A DNA stretch of 32,000 bases, taken from positions 570,001 through 602,000 of the forward strand of contig NZ_LT906458.1 of NCBI RefSeq assembly GCF_900187275.1. Direction: 5' to 3'. The notes below the pieces were generated by a model that ran no database searches, was not told where the DNA came from, and was given only the letters and a program-made list of their open reading frames with translations. Of this stretch, positions 19,313-27,478 are shown piece by piece (positions within the stretch are counted from its first letter, which is position 1; each line of letters begins with the position of its first letter). The stretch comes from Pasteurella multocida. GTDB taxonomy: Bacteria > Pseudomonadota > Gammaproteobacteria > Enterobacterales > Pasteurellaceae. Both the position numbers and the translations under genes were made by a program.

Positions 19313-20197
19313 ATGTCACTTAGTATTTTATCGCCTTTGCTTTATCTGTTCATTGGCATGTTTTTGGCGCGTTTTCCTCTTAATATTAAAGGAAAAATCT
19401 CTATTTTTTTGACTAAATGTGTGATCCCAGCTGTCATTGTGTATAACATCGCCACCTATAAAAAAGGCTTCTTAGTTATTATGTTGGGAACCATGTTAAT
19501 GCTCTTGATATTATTTCTGATTAGCCGTGTTTATCAAGAGAATCCCGTTAAACGCCTTTGTTTCTTTTATTTAAATATTGCTTGGTTCGGCTTACCTATT
19601 GGTAATGCTATTTGGGGCAGCGAAGCGGCGATGATTTTGATTAGTGTCTATATTGGGAGTTCACTGTTTTGCAATTCTGCTTGTGTTAGTTTGATGTCAA
19701 GCGGTACGACATGGAAAAAGCAACTAAGTCAACTCGCGACATCACCGCCCGTGCTGGCTTTAATGCTCGGTATTGTCGCTATGCCTGTGGGTGAATGGAT
19801 AGAGCGTCAATGTGTTTTCCTATATGAAAGTTTAAAATTTACTATGACCTTTTTAGGGATGATGCTGTTGGGAATGTGGTTAGCAAGTACAAAACTCAAG
19901 CAAGCTGATTTTAAAGAAGCCATGGTCTTGTTTGTGTTTAGAATGCTCACGATTGCGTTATTGGTTTCGGTTTTTCTTCATCTCGCAGACTTTTATGAAT
20001 TTGAGCTCATTATTCAAAATAAGCCTGTCTTTTATTTATTGAGTTTTCTGCCACCTGCCGCGAATTTGATTATTTTAGAAACCTATTATTTAAACACAGG
20101 CACATCGGCTAGCCGAATTGCCTGTGGAACTATTATCAGTCTGATAGCAATCAGTATTTATGTGACAGGGTTACTTATCTTTTCATCACCCACCTAA
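19313..20197 (+). CDS. Auxin-efflux-carrier (AEC) family membrane permease, substrate unknown
   Basis: The ORF track starts at 19292. The better start is ATG 19313, with AGGAGG 7 nt upstream. The protein is 294 aa and polytopic. The N-terminal [16 protein letters not shown]...[12 protein letters not shown] and C-terminal [21 protein letters not shown]...GTIISLI resemble the two conserved AEC (PF03547) repeat motifs. Family assignment is from memory of the motif pattern. Confidence 0.6.
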   Translation: MSLSILSPLLYLFIGMFLARFPLNIKGKISIFLTKCVIPAVIVYNIATYKKGFLVIMLGTMLMLLILFLISRVYQENPVKRLCFFYLNIAWFGLPIGNAIWGSEAAMILISVYIGSSLFCNSACVSLMSSGTTWKKQLSQLATSPPVLALMLGIVAMPVGEWIERQCVFLYESLKFTMTFLGMMLLGMWLASTKLKQADFKEAMVLFVFRMLTIALLVSVFLHLADFYEFELIIQNKPVFYLLSFLPPAANLIILETYYLNTGTSASRIACGTIISLIAISIYVTGLLIFSSPT

Positions 20198-20213
20198 GTG
20201 TGTTCGAAGGTGT

Positions 20214-20801
20214 TCAGATTTCATGCGCCAACAGCCATTCAATAGACTGCGCTAATAACTGTGAACCTTGCACTGTTAAGATGCTTTCTGGATGAAATTG
20301 AAAACTACAAATCGGCAAATGTTTATGTCGAATAGCCATGATAATGTTATGGTAGGTTGCGTTCACAATAAATTCGTCAGATAAATCAACGCCCATTAAG
20401 GAGTGGTATCGTGCGACGGGCATTGGATTTGGTAAGTGTGCAAACATCATTTGCTGATCGTGTGTAATGTTTGACACTTTGCCATGTAAGACTTCGCCTG
20501 CATGGATTACTTTACCACCAAATGCTTCAACAATCGCTTGATGACCTAAACAAATGCCAATCATTCTAACCTTTTGTTTTAAACGCTGAATCAGGGGTAA
20601 CATATTACCCGCTTGTTGCGGTGTACTCGGACCAGGTGAAAGCGCTAGAATCGTATTGGGGTGGGCAAGTGTAACCTGTTCTAATACATCGAGATCACAA
20701 TCATTACGATAGATGTGGACTTGATGTCCTAAACAACGCAACTGATCCACTAAGTTATAGGTAAAGGAGTCAAAATTATCTAAAAATACAATCTTTGCCA
20801 T
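20214..20801 (-). CDS. trpG: Anthranilate synthase component II (glutamine amidotransferase)
   Basis: The ORF track starts 15 codons early, inside trpE. The true start is ATG 20801 (MAKIVFLDNFDSFTYNLVDQL), with AAGGA 7 nt upstream and 10 nt after the trpE stop. Class I GATase triad context: GICLGHQ and FQFHPES. 195 aa, not fused to trpD. Confidence 0.93.
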   Translation of the reverse strand: MAKIVFLDNFDSFTYNLVDQLRCLGHQVHIYRNDCDLDVLEQVTLAHPNTILALSPGPSTPQQAGNMLPLIQRLKQKVRMIGICLGHQAIVEAFGGKVIHAGEVLHGKVSNITHDQQMMFAHLPNPMPVARYHSLMGVDLSDEFIVNATYHNIIMAIRHKHLPICSFQFHPESILTVQGSQLLAQSIEWLLAHEI

Positions 20802-20811
20802 ACTGCTGTCC

Positions 20812-22362
20812 TTATGCTTGACGAGGTGTTTGGTGAGTTTGAACAATCGCGTTAATCACGGCTTGTGCTTTGTGTCGTGTTTCATCGGCTTCTTTTTGCG
20901 GATCTGAATCGAGCACTTCGCCACAACCGGCTTGGATGTAGGCAATACCTTGTTGCACAAAGGCAGAACGTATCACAATACACGTGTCTAAATCGCCATT
21001 CGAAGCGAGATACCCTACCGCACCGCCATAACTATGTCGTTTTTGTTGTTCAACTTGATAGAGCAGTTGCATTGCTTTAATTTTTGGGGCACCAGTGAGT
21101 GTCCCCATGTTCATGCAAGCTTGATAGGCATGTAACGCATCTAATTCAGGTCGTAATTTGCCCACCACGCGAGAAACTAAGTGCATAATGTGAGAATAGC
21201 GATCTACCTGCATTAAATCCGCCACTTGGCGTGTCCCGGTTTCACAAACCCGTGCAATATCATTACGGGCTAAATCCACTAACATCAAATGTTCTGCGAG
21301 TTCTTTTTGATCTAAACGTAATTCCAGTTCTAAGCGAGCGTCCAATTCTGGATCAATCTGACCATTGGGATAAAAACCGCGCGGGCGTGAACCCGCAATC
21401 GGATAAATCTCGAGCTGACGGGTTTGCTGTGTATATTTCAATGCACTTTCTGGTGAGGCGCCAAAGAGAGTAAAGTCTTCATCTTGCATAAAGAACATAT
21501 AAGGGCTCGGATTCGTGTGTTTCAGCTGTCGGTAACTTGCCAATGTATTTGGACAGGCTAACGAAAAGCGACGGGAAGGCACAATTTGAAATACATCACC
21601 TTGATAAAGATGTTGTTTTAATACCTGAATAATTTGTTTAAATTGCACGTCATCAAGGTTCGTTGTCAGCGTAGTGTCCGCCGAAACACAATGTAAGTGC
21701 GGTTCAATATTTGCAAATTTTTGTATTATCTGATCAGCTTGTTGCTGTAGCGCTGTTTGATATTGTGGCGCAAAACAGAAACTGTGTAGCTGAGCTTGTT
21801 GTAATTGATGATCGAGTGTTAATTGATGTTCCGCTAAGTAGAAACAATAGTCAGGGCAATCGAGCCCATCCTCTTGTAATTGAATGTTATCCATAGGGAT
21901 AAATTGGGTCACTAAATCATAAGCAAATAAGCCGCCTAACAGAACGGGGACCTCACTATGTTGATAAAGTGAGAGCAGGGCACGTAGCGCATCAAAACAA
22001 GTTGAAGCATGTAATTTGTTGTCTTCATCAAGGTTTTTGTCAAGTTTTGGAAAGATAACTGAGAATTGACTCTCTGTGACTGCACTAATTTCATAGTGAC
22101 ATTGTAACTTCTCCATAAGTGTATGCAAAACAGCGACGCCATTTTGTGTTTTAGCGCAGAAGGTCACACGTAATCCATGACAGGTAATTTTTAGTGCGGG
22201 TTGTATAACTAAGAGGCTTTTTAAACTGTTTTTACTGTGAATTTCAGCAGATTCGAGTAACAGCGTGTTGGTTTTATCCTGACAGAGTGCCGCAAAAACA
22301 TGTGTTGGATCGGCGTAATAAGGTAATGATTGAGTTAAGGTATGAATAAAAGCGAATGACAT
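20812..22362 (-). CDS. trpE: Anthranilate synthase component I
   Basis: 516 aa. LLLESAEIHSKNSLKSLL (E. coli LLLESADIDSKDDLKSLL), SPYMFFM, GAPK..AM, GGAVGY and IRSA are colinear with E. coli TrpE (520 aa). Confidence 0.95.
   Translation of the reverse strand: MSFAFIHTLTQSLPYYADPTHVFAALCQDKTNTLLLESAEIHSKNSLKSLLVIQPALKITCHGLRVTFCAKTQNGVAVLHTLMEKLQCHYEISAVTESQFSVIFPKLDKNLDEDNKLHASTCFDALRALLSLYQHSEVPVLLGGLFAYDLVTQFIPMDNIQLQEDGLDCPDYCFYLAEHQLTLDHQLQQAQLHSFCFAPQYQTALQQQADQIIQKFANIEPHLHCVSADTTLTTNLDDVQFKQIIQVLKQHLYQGDVFQIVPSRRFSLACPNTLASYRQLKHTNPSPYMFFMQDEDFTLFGASPESALKYTQQTRQLEIYPIAGSRPRGFYPNGQIDPELDARLELELRLDQKELAEHLMLVDLARNDIARVCETGTRQVADLMQVDRYSHIMHLVSRVVGKLRPELDALHAYQACMNMGTLTGAPKIKAMQLLYQVEQQKRHSYGGAVGYLASNGDLDTCIVIRSAFVQQGIAYIQAGCGEVLDSDPQKEADETRHKAQAVINAIVQTHQTPRQA
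21695..21703 (+). repeat. Hin-type DNA uptake signal sequence core (AAGTGCGGT)
   Basis: Exact 9-mer, inside trpE. Confidence 0.8.
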
Positions 22363-22392
22363 AGTATATGTGTGTCCTTTTTTTGTAATTTT

Positions 22393-22426
22393 GAACTATT
22401 AAACTAGTTTATTATTTTTGTGTCAA
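22393..22426 (-). promoter_or_regulatory. trpEG promoter with overlapping TrpR-type operator
   Basis: Minus strand: TTGACA (22421-22426), a 17-nt spacer, then TTTAAT (22398-22403). The operator is AAACTAGTTTAATAGTTC (22393-22410). The layout matches the E. coli trp promoter (TTGACA ... ACTAGTTAACTAGT). The predicted 5' UTR is only ~28 nt. Confidence 0.7.
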
Positions 22427-22550
22427 GATGGAACATGATAAAAAATGGAATAAATAAAAACTTAGCACCGTGAAAATTGAGCTGTTTTATACCAAATTGA
22501 AACTCGTTAGAAAGGCGTGAATAAAATATTAGCGCTCAGAGGAGAGTAAG

Positions 22551-22578
22551 TTGCACTTTCACTTAAATTCGTTATGAT
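22551..22578 (+). promoter_or_regulatory. Candidate promoter of sohB
   Basis: TTGCAC (22551-22556), a 16-nt spacer, then TATGAT (22573-22578), about 30 nt upstream of the sohB ATG. Sequence match only. Confidence 0.35.
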
Positions 22579-22608
22579 TAACCATCATTTATTTTAAGGA
22601 GAAAAAAC

Positions 22609-23670
22609 ATGTGGTCTGATATTGCAACAGGATATGGGCTTTTTATTTTAGAAATCTTAACAATTTTATTGGTCATTGCAGGCATCGCTTTTATGATTGT
22701 GACATTAAAGCAACATAAAGCCAAAAGTACGGGCGAACTTGTGGTGGTGGATTTATCAGAGGAATACCAAGAAAACAGCAAAAGATTACGTGAGTTTAGT
22801 TTATCAGAAGAAACACGTAAGCAATTAGAGAAAACACAAAAAAAAGCAGATAAAGAAAAAGCGAAACGTGAAAAAGAAAAGCGTAAAAAAGGTGAGGACA
22901 TCGCAGACGAGCATAAACCGCGCCTTTATGTCTTACAGTTTAAAGGCGATATTGCGGCTTCAGCGACGAGCGCATTACGTGAAGAAGTGAGTACCATTAT
23001 TGGAGTTGCCAAGCCAGAAGATGAGGTTTTAGTACGCTTAGAAAGTCCCGGTGGAATGGTACATGGTTATGGGTTAGCGGCGTCGCAGTTGCTACGTTTA
23101 AAACAACATGGCATTAAATTAACGGTTGCGGTAGATAAAGTAGCAGCCAGTGGGGGATATATGATGGCTTGCGTGGCGGATACTATTGTTGCCGCGCCAT
23201 TTGCGATTTTGGGATCAGTCGGTGTGGTTGCACAAATTCCTAACATTCATCGTTTGTTAAAAAAACATGATGTGGATGTCGATGTGATGACGGCGGGTGA
23301 ATATAAACGCACGATGACTGTGTTAGGCGAAAATACAGAAAAAGGAAAACAGAAATTCCAGCAAGAATTAGAAGAAACCCATCAATTATTCAAACAATTT
23401 GTGACCCAAAACCGTCCGCAAGTCAATATTGAGGAAATTGCCACAGGGGAACACTGGTTTGGTCAACAAGCGTTAGGATTGCATTTAGTGGATGCAATTT
23501 CAACAAGTGATGATTTAATTCTAAACGCGATCAAAGAAAATAAAACCGTTTTATCCGTGAAATATCATGTAAAACAATCGTTCCTTCAAAAAGTCGGTAA
23601 ACAGGCAGAAGAAAGTACAGATGCCTTTTTATTACGTTGGCTGAGACGAAATAACAGTACATTACTTTAG
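22609..23670 (+). CDS. sohB: Inner-membrane S49-family peptidase SohB
   Basis: 353 aa. N-terminal TM segment, Lys/Glu-rich linker, then LRLESPGGMVHGYGLAASQL, VDKVAASGGYMMACVAD and ATGEHWFGQQA, colinear with E. coli SohB (349 aa). AAGGAG lies 7 nt upstream. Confidence 0.92.
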   Translation: MWSDIATGYGLFILEILTILLVIAGIAFMIVTLKQHKAKSTGELVVVDLSEEYQENSKRLREFSLSEETRKQLEKTQKKADKEKAKREKEKRKKGEDIADEHKPRLYVLQFKGDIAASATSALREEVSTIIGVAKPEDEVLVRLESPGGMVHGYGLAASQLLRLKQHGIKLTVAVDKVAASGGYMMACVADTIVAAPFAILGSVGVVAQIPNIHRLLKKHDVDVDVMTAGEYKRTMTVLGENTEKGKQKFQQELEETHQLFKQFVTQNRPQVNIEEIATGEHWFGQQALGLHLVDAISTSDDLILNAIKENKTVLSVKYHVKQSFLQKVGKQAEESTDAFLLRWLRRNNSTLL

Positions 23671-23910
23671 CTGAAGCATCTTTACAGTAGTTGACTAAAA
23701 GTTTCGAAATATTAAGTATTTGTTGATTTACTTTATGAACAATAGGGCTTACTATATTGAGCTGAATTTTAAGCAATTTTGGATATCACCAGTTGTTTAA
23801 CGAAAAGTGAAGATAGACGAATTGTTTTTTATTGAGAGTCACTCTCTTCTGTTTTGTTGTTATTTTAGGGATGACGAATTTTAATAATAAAAGGGAACTA
23901 AGGTAAATAT

Positions 23911-24729
23911 ATGAAATTATCTCGCGTTTTATTAACAGTTGTTGCTGCGACGACATTGGCTGCCTGCGGTAATTTAAGTAAAGTTACTCCAGAAGGTACA
24001 TCTGACAATTTAGTGTGGCCAAAAATTGATGAATCGGTCTTTAATCATGATGGTAGCCAATTTGGTTCTTGGCCAAACTGGGATAACGTACGCATGGTTG
24101 AGCGTGGTATGAATAAAGACCAACTTTATAATTTGTTAGGTCGTCCACACTTCTCTGAAGGCTTATACGGTGTGCGTGAATGGGACTATGTGTTTAACTA
24201 TCGTGAGAATGGTGTACATAAAGTATGTCAATATAAAGTCTTATTTGACAAAAATATGAATGCACAAAGTTTCTTCTGGTATCCAAATGGCTGTAACGGT
24301 AGCTCTGCATTTAGTTTAAGTGGTGATTTCTTATTTGACTTCAATAAAGATTCATTAACAGCAAAAGGTAAAGAAGTTGTTGACAGCGTTGCAACACAAT
24401 TAAAAGCCTCTGATGCAAAAGAAGTGAAAGTCGCAGGCTTTACTGACCGTTTAGGTTCAGAAGCGTATAACTTAAAACTTTCTCAACGTCGTGCAGATCG
24501 TGTTAAAGCGCGTTTAATTGAGCAAGGTGTTGCCGCAAATATCCATGCTGTAGGCTATGGTAAAGCACAACAAGTGAAAGCTTGTGATGATGTACAAGGT
24601 GCAGCATTAAGAGATTGTTTACGTCCTAACCGTCGTGTTGAAATTACCGCTTCTGGTACTGTGTTGAAACAAGGTTCACAAGGTATGGAAGCAGGGACAA
24701 CAGGACCAGCACCACTTTATAGAAAATAA
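23911..24729 (+). CDS. OmpA-family outer-membrane lipoprotein with a BamE/SmpA-OmlA-like N-domain
   Basis: 272 aa. Lipoprotein signal MKLSRVLLTVVAATTLAAC (lipobox LAAC). The central region GMNKDQLYNLLGRPHF...REWDYVF is BamE-like. The C-terminal OmpA-like peptidoglycan-binding domain has FDFNKDSL, GFTDRLGSEAYNLKLSQRRADRV and the Cys pair KACD...RDCLRPNRRVEI. Confidence 0.82.
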   Translation: MKLSRVLLTVVAATTLAACGNLSKVTPEGTSDNLVWPKIDESVFNHDGSQFGSWPNWDNVRMVERGMNKDQLYNLLGRPHFSEGLYGVREWDYVFNYRENGVHKVCQYKVLFDKNMNAQSFFWYPNGCNGSSAFSLSGDFLFDFNKDSLTAKGKEVVDSVATQLKASDAKEVKVAGFTDRLGSEAYNLKLSQRRADRVKARLIEQGVAANIHAVGYGKAQQVKACDDVQGAALRDCLRPNRRVEITASGTVLKQGSQGMEAGTTGPAPLYRK

Positions 24730-24747
24730 TTTTTCTCAATGAAATAG

Positions 24748-24779
24748 AAGGGCGCTTTAACAGCGCCCTTTGAATTTTT
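24748..24779. terminator. Rho-independent terminator between convergent genes
   Basis: AAGGGCGCT (24748-24756), loop TTAAC, AGCGCCCTT (24762-24770), then TGAATTTTTG. It is a perfect 9-bp GC-rich stem. The reverse-strand tail is less U-rich. Confidence 0.8.
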
Positions 24780-24782
24780 GAT

Positions 24783-25649
24783 TTATCTTGACAGAATATC
24801 GTGAATAAATTTTTTGGTTAACTCGACATAATGTTTATTAAAGCGATGACTAAAGTTAAGTAAATAATAGAGTTGATAAATGGCTTTACGCTCAGGATAT
24901 CCTTCATCAATAGGATAAGTGCGGTCATAACTTTCATAGAATTGGCGTGGGAAAGGTTCAAAGAGCTCACTGAATGCCAAATCACATTCCCGGTCTCCCC
25001 AATAACAAGCTGGATCATAAGTAAAAATTTCTTGTTTCACCGTCGCACAGTTTTCAATCCATAAATTGCCATGTAATAACGCAGGTTGAGGCTTATGTTT
25101 CGCCAGTAATTCAGCAATTTTCTTCACTAACACCTCAATATCGCCAAACACTAAGTTTTTCTCACGGCAGATCTGCAATTGCCAGCCAATGCGTTGTTCG
25201 CTAAAAAAGGTGGCCCAATTTTCTTTCCAACCATTTGGTTGATATTCTGGTCCAAGCCAAGTGTCAAAATCCAATCCATAATTATCTGCGCCTTTTATAA
25301 GGTGCAGTTTTGCGAGTTGTTCACCAAATTTGCCCATGGCGTCAACCGGATTGGTTTTATCTAATGGCAGTGCTTCCAGTAGTAAGAAACTGTGTGTATG
25401 TGAACAGCCCACAGTGTAAACGTTAGGCACATTAATGGTATTGGTTTTGGCGAGAAGGAGGAGTTGATCGGCTTCTGCACGGAACATGGAACGGAAGGTT
25501 TTATCATTCACTTTGAGAAAAACAGGTTGGATACCATCATCAATAATCCATGCTTCATGCATCTCACCTGTATGGATTTTTTCTTTGTGTTTAATGGAAT
25601 AGTAAGCCCCAAATTGATCCGCTAAGACTTGAGAAACATGTTTCCACAT
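24783..25649 (-). CDS. yniA: Fructosamine/ketosamine-3-kinase family protein (YniA-like)
   Basis: 288 aa. FRAEADQLLLL, FFSEQRIGWQL, LLHGNLW and DPACYWGDRECDLA are colinear with E. coli YniA (286 aa). AGGAGG lies 5 nt upstream of the ATG. Confidence 0.85.
   Translation of the reverse strand: MWKHVSQVLADQFGAYYSIKHKEKIHTGEMHEAWIIDDGIQPVFLKVNDKTFRSMFRAEADQLLLLAKTNTINVPNVYTVGCSHTHSFLLLEALPLDKTNPVDAMGKFGEQLAKLHLIKGADNYGLDFDTWLGPEYQPNGWKENWATFFSEQRIGWQLQICREKNLVFGDIEVLVKKIAELLAKHKPQPALLHGNLWIENCATVKQEIFTYDPACYWGDRECDLAFSELFEPFPRQFYESYDRTYPIDEGYPERKAIYQLYYLLNFSHRFNKHYVELTKKFIHDILSR
24917..24925 (+). repeat. Hin-type DNA uptake signal sequence core (AAGTGCGGT)
   Basis: Exact 9-mer, inside the yniA-like gene. 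Confidence 0.8.
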
Positions 25650-25705
25650 GGCATCCTCCTATGGTTGAGCACAGTCAGTTCTAGTGTAAAAGATTAGGAA
25701 AAAAT

Positions 25706-25727
25706 TACTGTGATTGATGTCAAACTT
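25706..25727. promoter_or_regulatory. Candidate CRP binding site in the yniA/putP divergent region
   Basis: TTACTGTGATTGATGTCAAACT: TGTGA-N6-TCAAA against the consensus TGTGA-N6-TCACA (9 of 10 core positions). It lies 67 bp from the yniA ATG and 187 bp from the putP ATG, so which gene it serves is unclear. Confidence 0.3.
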
Positions 25728-25903
25728 CTTTTATTTTTAATTTAAAATTAAATGGGGTTATTAAAGGAAAAATAACGTTTTACTTCATATGCAGTTAAAG
25801 TGTGATCTATGTTGAAAAAATAGAAAACAGTTGTTGAACATTTGTTAATGTTATGTAATTTTTGCCAAGTTTATTTCCCCTCCCTCTCTTTAGGAGCCGA
25901 TCT

Positions 25904-27406
25904 ATGTTTGGATATAATGCCACCATCATTACATTTACCATTTATATTTTAGGTATGATTTTAATCGGTTTTATCGCTTATCGTTATACCAATAATTTGT
26001 CTGATTATATTTTAGGAGGGCGTCGTCTTGGCAGCTTTGTGACGGGACTCTCTGCAGGGGCGTCAGATATGTCAGGCTGGTTATTAATGGGGCTTCCCGG
26101 CGCTGTTTATGCCGCAGGTCTGGTTGAAGGTTGGATTGCCATTGGTCTAACGATTGGTGCTTACCTTAACTGGTTATTTGTGGCAGGACGTTTACGTGTT
26201 TATACAGAATTTAATCAAAATGCTTTAACTTTGCCAGAATATTTCCAACACCGTTTTCACGATCAGAGCAAAATATTAAAAATTGTTTCCGCAACCATTA
26301 TTTTATTCTTTTTTGCCATTTATTGTGCTTCTGGTGTGGTCGCTGGGGCTCGTTTATTTGAAAATCTGTTTGAAGTGCCTTATGCCACGGCGCTTTGGTA
26401 TGGTGCCTTAGCGACAATCCTTTATACTTTTATTGGCGGTTTTTTAGCTGTCAGTTGGACCGATACCATTCAAGCGTCGTTAATGTTGTTTGCTTTATTC
26501 CTTACCCCTATTTTTGTGTTAATTCATCTTGGTGGTTTTGAAGCAACACATACCGTGATTGTCAATGCGGGTGTGGCTGCTCAACGGGATTTTACTGATT
26601 TATTCACAGGAACTAGCTTTATCGGCTTATTAAGCTTATCCGCTTGGGGCTTAGGTTATTTTGGTCAACCACACATTTTAGCGCGTTTTATGAGTGCAAA
26701 AGATGCGAAATCATTAGTGAATGCGCGCCGTATTAGTATTATGTGGATGATTATCTGCTTATTTGGTGCGGTTGGTATTGGGTTCTTTGGTCAAGCTTAT
26801 TTCTTTGCAAATCCACAGGTGGCAGACACCGTGAACGCGAACCATGAACAAGTTTTTATTGAATTAGCGAAATTGTTATTTAATCCTTGGATTGCAGGGA
26901 TTTTGTTATCAGCCATTTTAGCCGCGGTAATGAGTACTTTAAGTTGCCAGTTATTGATTTGTTCAAGTGCGATTACAGAAGACTTTTATAAAGGCATGAT
27001 TCGCCCAAATGCTTCACAAAAAGAATTGGTGTGGTTAGGGCGTATTATGGTCTTAGTCATTGCACTACTGGCTATTTATCTTGCACAAGATCCAAACAGT
27101 AAAGTATTGGGACTTGTGTCTTATGCGTGGGCAGGTTTTGGTTGTGCCTTTGGTCCTGTGGTGATTTTCTCTTTATTCTGGAAACGCATGAACATGGCGG
27201 GCGCGATGGCAGGCATGCTGACTGGTGCGTTAGTGGTAGTGTTCTGGAATGATGTGGTACCACAGAGCGGTATTTATGAAATGATCCCAGGCTTTATTTT
27301 AGCTGCCGTGGCGATTGTCGTAGTGTCGTTAATTACGCCAGCACCAAGCCAACAAACTGTTTCTAATTTTGAACAAGCAGAGTTAGCTTATCAACAGCAA
27401 AAATAA
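25904..27406 (+). CDS. putP: Sodium/proline symporter
   Basis: The ORF track starts at TTG 25862. The true start is ATG 25904, with TAGGAG 7 nt upstream. YILGMILIGFIAYR, DYILGGRRLG, LSAGASDMSGWLLMGLPGAVY, GGFLAVSWTDT.QA and GYFGQPHILARFM are colinear with E. coli PutP (502 aa; 500 aa here). Confidence 0.94.
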   Translation: MFGYNATIITFTIYILGMILIGFIAYRYTNNLSDYILGGRRLGSFVTGLSAGASDMSGWLLMGLPGAVYAAGLVEGWIAIGLTIGAYLNWLFVAGRLRVYTEFNQNALTLPEYFQHRFHDQSKILKIVSATIILFFFAIYCASGVVAGARLFENLFEVPYATALWYGALATILYTFIGGFLAVSWTDTIQASLMLFALFLTPIFVLIHLGGFEATHTVIVNAGVAAQRDFTDLFTGTSFIGLLSLSAWGLGYFGQPHILARFMSAKDAKSLVNARRISIMWMIICLFGAVGIGFFGQAYFFANPQVADTVNANHEQVFIELAKLLFNPWIAGILLSAILAAVMSTLSCQLLICSSAITEDFYKGMIRPNASQKELVWLGRIMVLVIALLAIYLAQDPNSKVLGLVSYAWAGFGCAFGPVVIFSLFWKRMNMAGAMAGMLTGALVVVFWNDVVPQSGIYEMIPGFILAAVAIVVVSLITPAPSQQTVSNFEQAELAYQQQK

Positions 27407-27412
27407 TCGGTA

Positions 27413-27445
27413 AAAGAGCGGTATCTTCGGGTGCCGCTTTTTCTA
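27413..27445 (+). terminator. Strong intrinsic terminator/attenuator between putP and putA
   Basis: AAAGAGCGGTATC-TTCG-GGGTGCCGCTTT folds into a ~10-bp stem capped by a C(UUCG)G tetraloop (27425-27430), followed by T5 (27438-27442). It starts 7 nt after the putP stop and ends 34 nt before the putA ATG. Confidence 0.75.
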
Positions 27446-27478
27446 TGTTTAATTTGATTATGTGAGTGAGAAAGAAAG

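Noticed and set aside
19146-19319. A 58-codon N-terminal extension of trpD in the ORF track. Similar extensions occur in tesB (4662-4763), trpG (20802-20846), trpB (15703-15720), trxB (9509-9529), putP (25862-25903), gcvA (850-861) and the AEC gene (19292-19312).
   Set aside because: The extensions begin at GTG, TTG or weak ATG codons without an SD. They have no counterpart in the orthologue N termini and cover promoter, operator or hairpin DNA. Internal ATGs with good SD spacing reproduce the orthologue starts.
22578-22901. A 107-aa ORF antisense to the 5' part of sohB.
   Set aside because: It mirrors the Lys/Glu-rich linker of SohB, which gives a Ser/Phe/Leu-rich antisense frame. It has no SD and overlaps the sohB promoter and start. 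This is a typical shadow ORF.
23671-23910. The 240-bp sohB / OmpA-lipoprotein intergenic region, screened for an sRNA or small protein. It contains a 21-codon ORF (MNNRAYYIELNFKQFWISPVV) and a GAGAG-TCA-CTCTC hairpin with a T-rich tail.
   Set aside because: The mini-ORF has no SD. The hairpin has only 5 bp and lies 165 nt from the sohB stop. I recognise no conserved RNA motif, so this is most simply promoter and UTR DNA.
25801-25817. A second TGTGA half-site (TGTGATCTATGTTGAAA) upstream of putP.
   Set aside because: The second half (TTGAA) matches TCACA at only 2 of 5 positions, so it is not a credible CRP site.
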